A stretch of DNA of 64,000 nt from NCBI RefSeq assembly GCF_030028105.1, contig NC_092374.1, forward strand, positions 188,388,638-188,452,637, written 5' to 3'. This stretch comes from Mobula birostris (taxonomy: Eukaryota). The notes below the pieces were generated by a model. The model did no database searches. It was given only the letters and a program-made list of their open reading frames with translations, and was not told where the DNA came from. Below are positions 59,690-64,000 of this stretch, piece by piece. Made by a program: the position numbers and the translations under genes. How positions within the stretch are numbered: the stretch's first letter is position 1; the number at the start of each line of letters is the position of its first letter.

Positions 59690-62325
59690 ACCCATGGAAA
59701 ACCTACAGCACAATACAGGCCCTTCGGCCCACAGAGTTGTGCTGAACATGCCCTTACCTTAGAAATTACTAGCCCTCTATTTTACTAAGCTCCATGTACC
59801 TATCTAAAAGTCTCTTAAAAGACCCTATCATATCCACCTCCACCACCATTGCTGGCAGCCCATTCCATGCACTCACCACTCTCTGAGTAAAAAACTTACC
59901 CCTGACATCTCCTCTGTACTTACTCCCCAGTACCTTAAACCTATGTCCTCTTGTGGCAACCATTTCAGCCATGGGAAAAAGCCTCTGACTATGCACACGA
60001 TCAATGCCTCTCATCATCTTATACACCTCTATCAGGTCATCTCTCATCCTCCATCACTCCAAGGAGAAAAAGTTGAGTTCACTCAACCTATTCTCATAAG
60101 GAATTCTCCCCAATCCAGGGAACGTCCTTGTAAATCTCTTCTGCATCCTTTCTATGGTTTCCACATCCTTCCTGTAGTGAGGCGACCGAAACTGAGCACA
60201 ATACTCCAAGTGGGGTCTGACCAGGGTCCTATATAGCTGCAACATTACCTCTCAGCTCCTAAATTCAATTCCACGATTGATGAAGGCCAATACACCGTAC
60301 GCCTTCTTAACCACAGAGTCAACCTGCACAGCTGCTTTGAGGGTCCTATGGACTCGGACCCCAAGATCCCTCTGATCCTCCAAACCGCCAAGAGTCTTAC
60401 CATTCTATATTCTGCCATCATATTTGACCTACCAAAATGAACCACTTCACATTTATCTGGGTTGAACTCCATCTGCCACTTCTCAGCCAGTTTTGCATCC
60501 TATCAATGTCCCGCTGTAACCTCTGACAGCCCTCCACACTATCTACAACATGTCCAACCTTTGTGTCATCAGCAAACTTACTATCCCATCCCTCCACTTC
60601 CTCATCCAGGTCACTTACAAAGAGTAAGGGTCCCAGAACAGATCCCTGAGGCACTCCACTGGTGATCAACCTCCATGCAGAATATGACCCGTCTACAACC
60701 ACTCTTTGCCTTCTGTTCTGGATCCACAAAGCAATGTCCCCTTGGATCCCATGCCTCCTTACTTTCTCAATAAGCCTGGTTTGGGCTACCTTAACAGATG
60801 CCTTGCTGAAATCCATATACACTACATCTACTGCTCTTCCTCCATCAATGTGTTCAGTCACATCCTCAAAAAATTCAATCAGGCTCGCAAGGCATGACCT
60901 GCCCTTGACAAAACCATGCTGACTACTCCTAATCATATTATACCTCTCCAAATGTTCATAAATCCTGCCTCTCTGGATCTTCTCCATCAACTTACCAACC
61001 ACTGAGGTAAGACTCACTGGTCTATAATTTCCTTGGCTATCTCTACTCCTTTTCTTGAATAAAGGAACAACATCCGCAACCCTCCAATCCTCCGTAACCT
61101 TTCCCGTCCCCATTGATGATGCAAAGATCATCGCCAGAGGCTCAGCAATCTCCTCCCTCGCACCCCACAGTAGCCTGGGGTACATCTCATCCGGTCCCGG
61201 CGACTTATCCAACTTGATACTTTCTAAAAGCTCCATCACATCCTCTTTCTTAATATTTACATGCTTGAGCTTTTCAGTCTGCTACAAGTCATCACTATAA
61301 TCACCAAGATCCTTTTCCATAGTGAATACTGAAGTATTCATTAAGTACCTCTGCTTTTTCCTCCGGTTCCATACACATTCCCACTGTCACACTTGATAGG
61401 TCCTATTCTTTCGCGTCTTATCCTCTTGCTCTTCACATACTTGTAGAATGCCTTGGGATTTTCTTTAATCCTGCCCGCCAAGGCCTTCTCATGGCCCCTT
61501 CTGGCTCTCCTAATTTCTTTCTTAAGCTCATTCCTATTAGCCTTATAATCTTCTAGATCTCTATCATTACCTAGCTCTCTGAACCTTTTGTAAGCTTTTC
61601 TTTTCTTCTTGACTAGATTTATTACAGCCTTTGTACACAACGGTTCCTGTACCCTACCATAACTTCCCTGTCTCATTGGAACGTACCTATGCAGAACTCC
61701 ACACAAATATCCCCTGAATATTGGCCACATTTCTTCTGTACTTTTCCCTGAGAACATCTGTTTCCAATTTAAGCCTCCAATTTCCTGCCTGATAGCCTCA
61801 TAATTCCCCTTACTCCAATTAAACACTTTTCTAACTTGTCTGTTCCTATCTCCCTCCAATGCCACTGTAAAGGGGATAGAAGTATGATCACTATCTCCAA
61901 AATGCTCTCCCACTGAGAGACCTGACACCTGACCAGGTTCATTTCCCAATACCAAATCAAGTACAGCCTCTCCTCTTGTAGGCTTATCTACATATTGCGT
62001 CAAGAAACCTTCCTGAACACACCTAACAAACTCCACCCCATCTAAACCCTTTGCTCTAGGGAGATGCCAATCGATATTTGGGAAATGAAAATCTCCCATC
62101 ACAACAACTCTGTTATTATTACACCTTTCCAGGATCTGTTTCCCTACCTGCTCCTCGATATCCCTGTTAATATTGGGTGGTCTATAAAAAACACCCAGTA
62201 AAGCTATTGACCCTTTCTTGTTCCTAACCTCCACCCACAGAGACTCCGTAGACAATCCCTCCATGGCGTCCACCTTTTCTGCAGCCATAACACTGTCTAA
62301 TCAACAGTGCCACACCCCCACCTCT
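59690..62325 (-). mobile_element. CR1 LINE (endonuclease + RT + 3' end, frameshifted)
   Basis: GVFYRPP, GDFHFP, SDHT; KSPGPDEMYP, KFADD; LEYCAQF. Confidence 0.93.
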
Positions 62326-62688
62326 TTCCCATGTAGGTTATGGGAGAAGCAGGAGAGTGGAGTCGAGAGGAAAATGGGTCAGTCATGGTGAAATGGGAGA
62401 GCAGAGTCAATGGCTGAATGGCCTATTTCTGCTCCTATATCTTATGGAAATCCAGAGTAACACTCACATACACTGGTGCTGGAGGAACTCAGCAGGTCAG
62501 GCTGCATTCATGGAGAGGAATGAACAGTCGACGTTTCAAGCTGAGACCCTTCATCAGTATCATTCCTCTCCATAGATGCTGTCTGATGTGCAGAATTCCT
62601 GCAACAATTTGTGTCTGTTCATGAGAACTTGTCCAAGCTGAACAGCATCCAACCGTACTATAAATGCTCAGTGACACAAGCTACTCAC

Positions 62689-62994
62689 CAAAGATTCGCA
62701 ATTCTCTTTTTCTCGGCTCCTGACCATCAATGCTGATAGTATAATTTCCCTGGTCACTTGTCTTTAAATTGCTTAATAATAAATCTCCAGTGGACAGATT
62801 AAAATTTAAACGATCTTCAAAATATTTGTTTGGTTTCACTTCTGGGTGGTTTGGTCCAACATCCAAAATGGTGAACTCGGTTCCATTGTTGCTAGTGAAC
62901 TCCCACACAACTTCACGACCATGGAGATCAGCACTGTTTCCAGACTCCAACAAAACATTCGAACCAAGGGCACCCTCAACTTGCATCGTTTCAG
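62689..62994 (-). CDS. Ig V-set exon A (306 nt, cysteine-free), paralog of exon B
   Basis: Same acceptor and donor context as exon B; about 22 nt differences by hand count; frame open. Confidence 0.93.
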
Positions 62995-63193
62995 CTGGGC
63001 ATTAAGGAAGGAAAAAAAAAATCAATTAAGTTGCATCCTTGAAAAAGGTGAAATGTGGGCAGGGGTCAAGGCAAGGTGATAAATGAAATAGACATAAGAA
63101 CTCCTCTCAATAAGGGGCATTTGCACTAGACACAGGTCTAAAATTAAAACGGAAAATATTGGACGTGTTCAACAGGTCAAGCAGCATCAGAGG

Positions 63194-64000
63194 TAGTGCC
63201 GGATTAACCTAATAGCAAAAGTAGCATTTGCTACTGGCCCCACAGTAAATGCTTGCAAGCTGCAGTCTGGTGAAATCAACATCTCACTGTATTCTCACAA
63301 CGATCTGGCTACGCTGTTGTTTTCATGTCGGGGGAGCTGCATGCTGCATGGTATGTGTGTGCAGGCTTGTGTTGGTTCCTTGCTGTGTTGTGGTGACCTT
63401 TGTGCTATCTCCCATGCTCCCAAGCCGCTGCAGCGTGCGCTGTTACGCTGCTGGAGGGTGCGCCACTGACTTTGATTGTGCGCTATGTTCTGCCATCTGG
63501 ACCAGTTGACAGATTTGTGAAGTTTTTGGATATGGAAGGGCATAGTGCTGAACAGCTCGCTCATAGTTTACTTGACTTTTTAAGGGAAAATGACATTGAT
63601 AGAAAAGACTGCCGTGGTCAAAGTTATGACAATGCCAGCAACATGAGTGGCAAGTATAGTGGCTTACAATCACGAATTAAAGAGCTGAATGAGTGTGCAG
63701 ATTACATTCCATGTTTTGCACATTCACTAATTTGGATGGAAAATGTGCTGCTGAATATTGTCAAGAAGCATTACTTTTCTTTCAATTTGTAGAAAGCCTG
63801 TACACATTTTTTTCTGCTTCTACTTATCGGTGGGATCTCCTTTCTGCTGCATTATCTGATGGTGGTGCTCATTTGCCCATTGTGAAAAGAATGTCAGATA
63901 CTTTATTGTCGCCAAACAATTGATACTAGAGCATACAATCATCACAGCGACATTTGATTCTGCGCTTCGCAATCCCTGGAGTACAAATCGATAGTAAATA
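63194..64000 (+). mobile_element. hAT-superfamily transposon fragment (runs off the window end)
   Basis: TIR-like TAGTGCCGGATTAA; CRGQSYDNASNMSGKYSG and CFAHSL transposase motifs; frameshifts. Confidence 0.85.

Noticed and set aside
29589-62994. Assigning the symbol CD47 (or CD2/SLAM/CEACAM)
   Set aside because: Topology fits CD47, but the V domain lacks both canonical cysteines and no clear TM sequence identity was recognisable by eye; homology and synteny searches are needed.

Overview
Eukaryotic, highly repeat-rich DNA. The repeat mix (CR1, Rex1/Babar, Tx1/L1, Penelope-like, V-SINE-like, Tc1, hAT) suggests a cartilaginous fish; this is an inference. There are no prokaryotic genes or CRISPR arrays, and most ORF-track entries are transposon fragments or noise. 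Reading splice sites on the minus strand gives one host gene spanning about 29.6-63.0 kb. It has two tandem-duplicated 306-nt cysteine-free Ig V-set exons, then five phase-1/phase-1 exons each encoding one transmembrane helix, then short cytoplasmic-tail exons. This is a CD47-like IgV+5TM architecture with a CD2/SLAM/CEACAM-type V domain; the leader exon lies outside the window. Also present: a complete 164-nt variant U1 snRNA gene with octamer, SPH-like element and 3' box; Penelope-derived minimal hammerhead ribozyme motifs; two young Tx1-clade LINEs with TSDs; a fold-back Tc1 derivative; an ORF2-deleted L1; a 34-bp minisatellite; and many nested insertions. Exon, U1 and TSD coordinates were counted by hand; other repeat boundaries are approximate.
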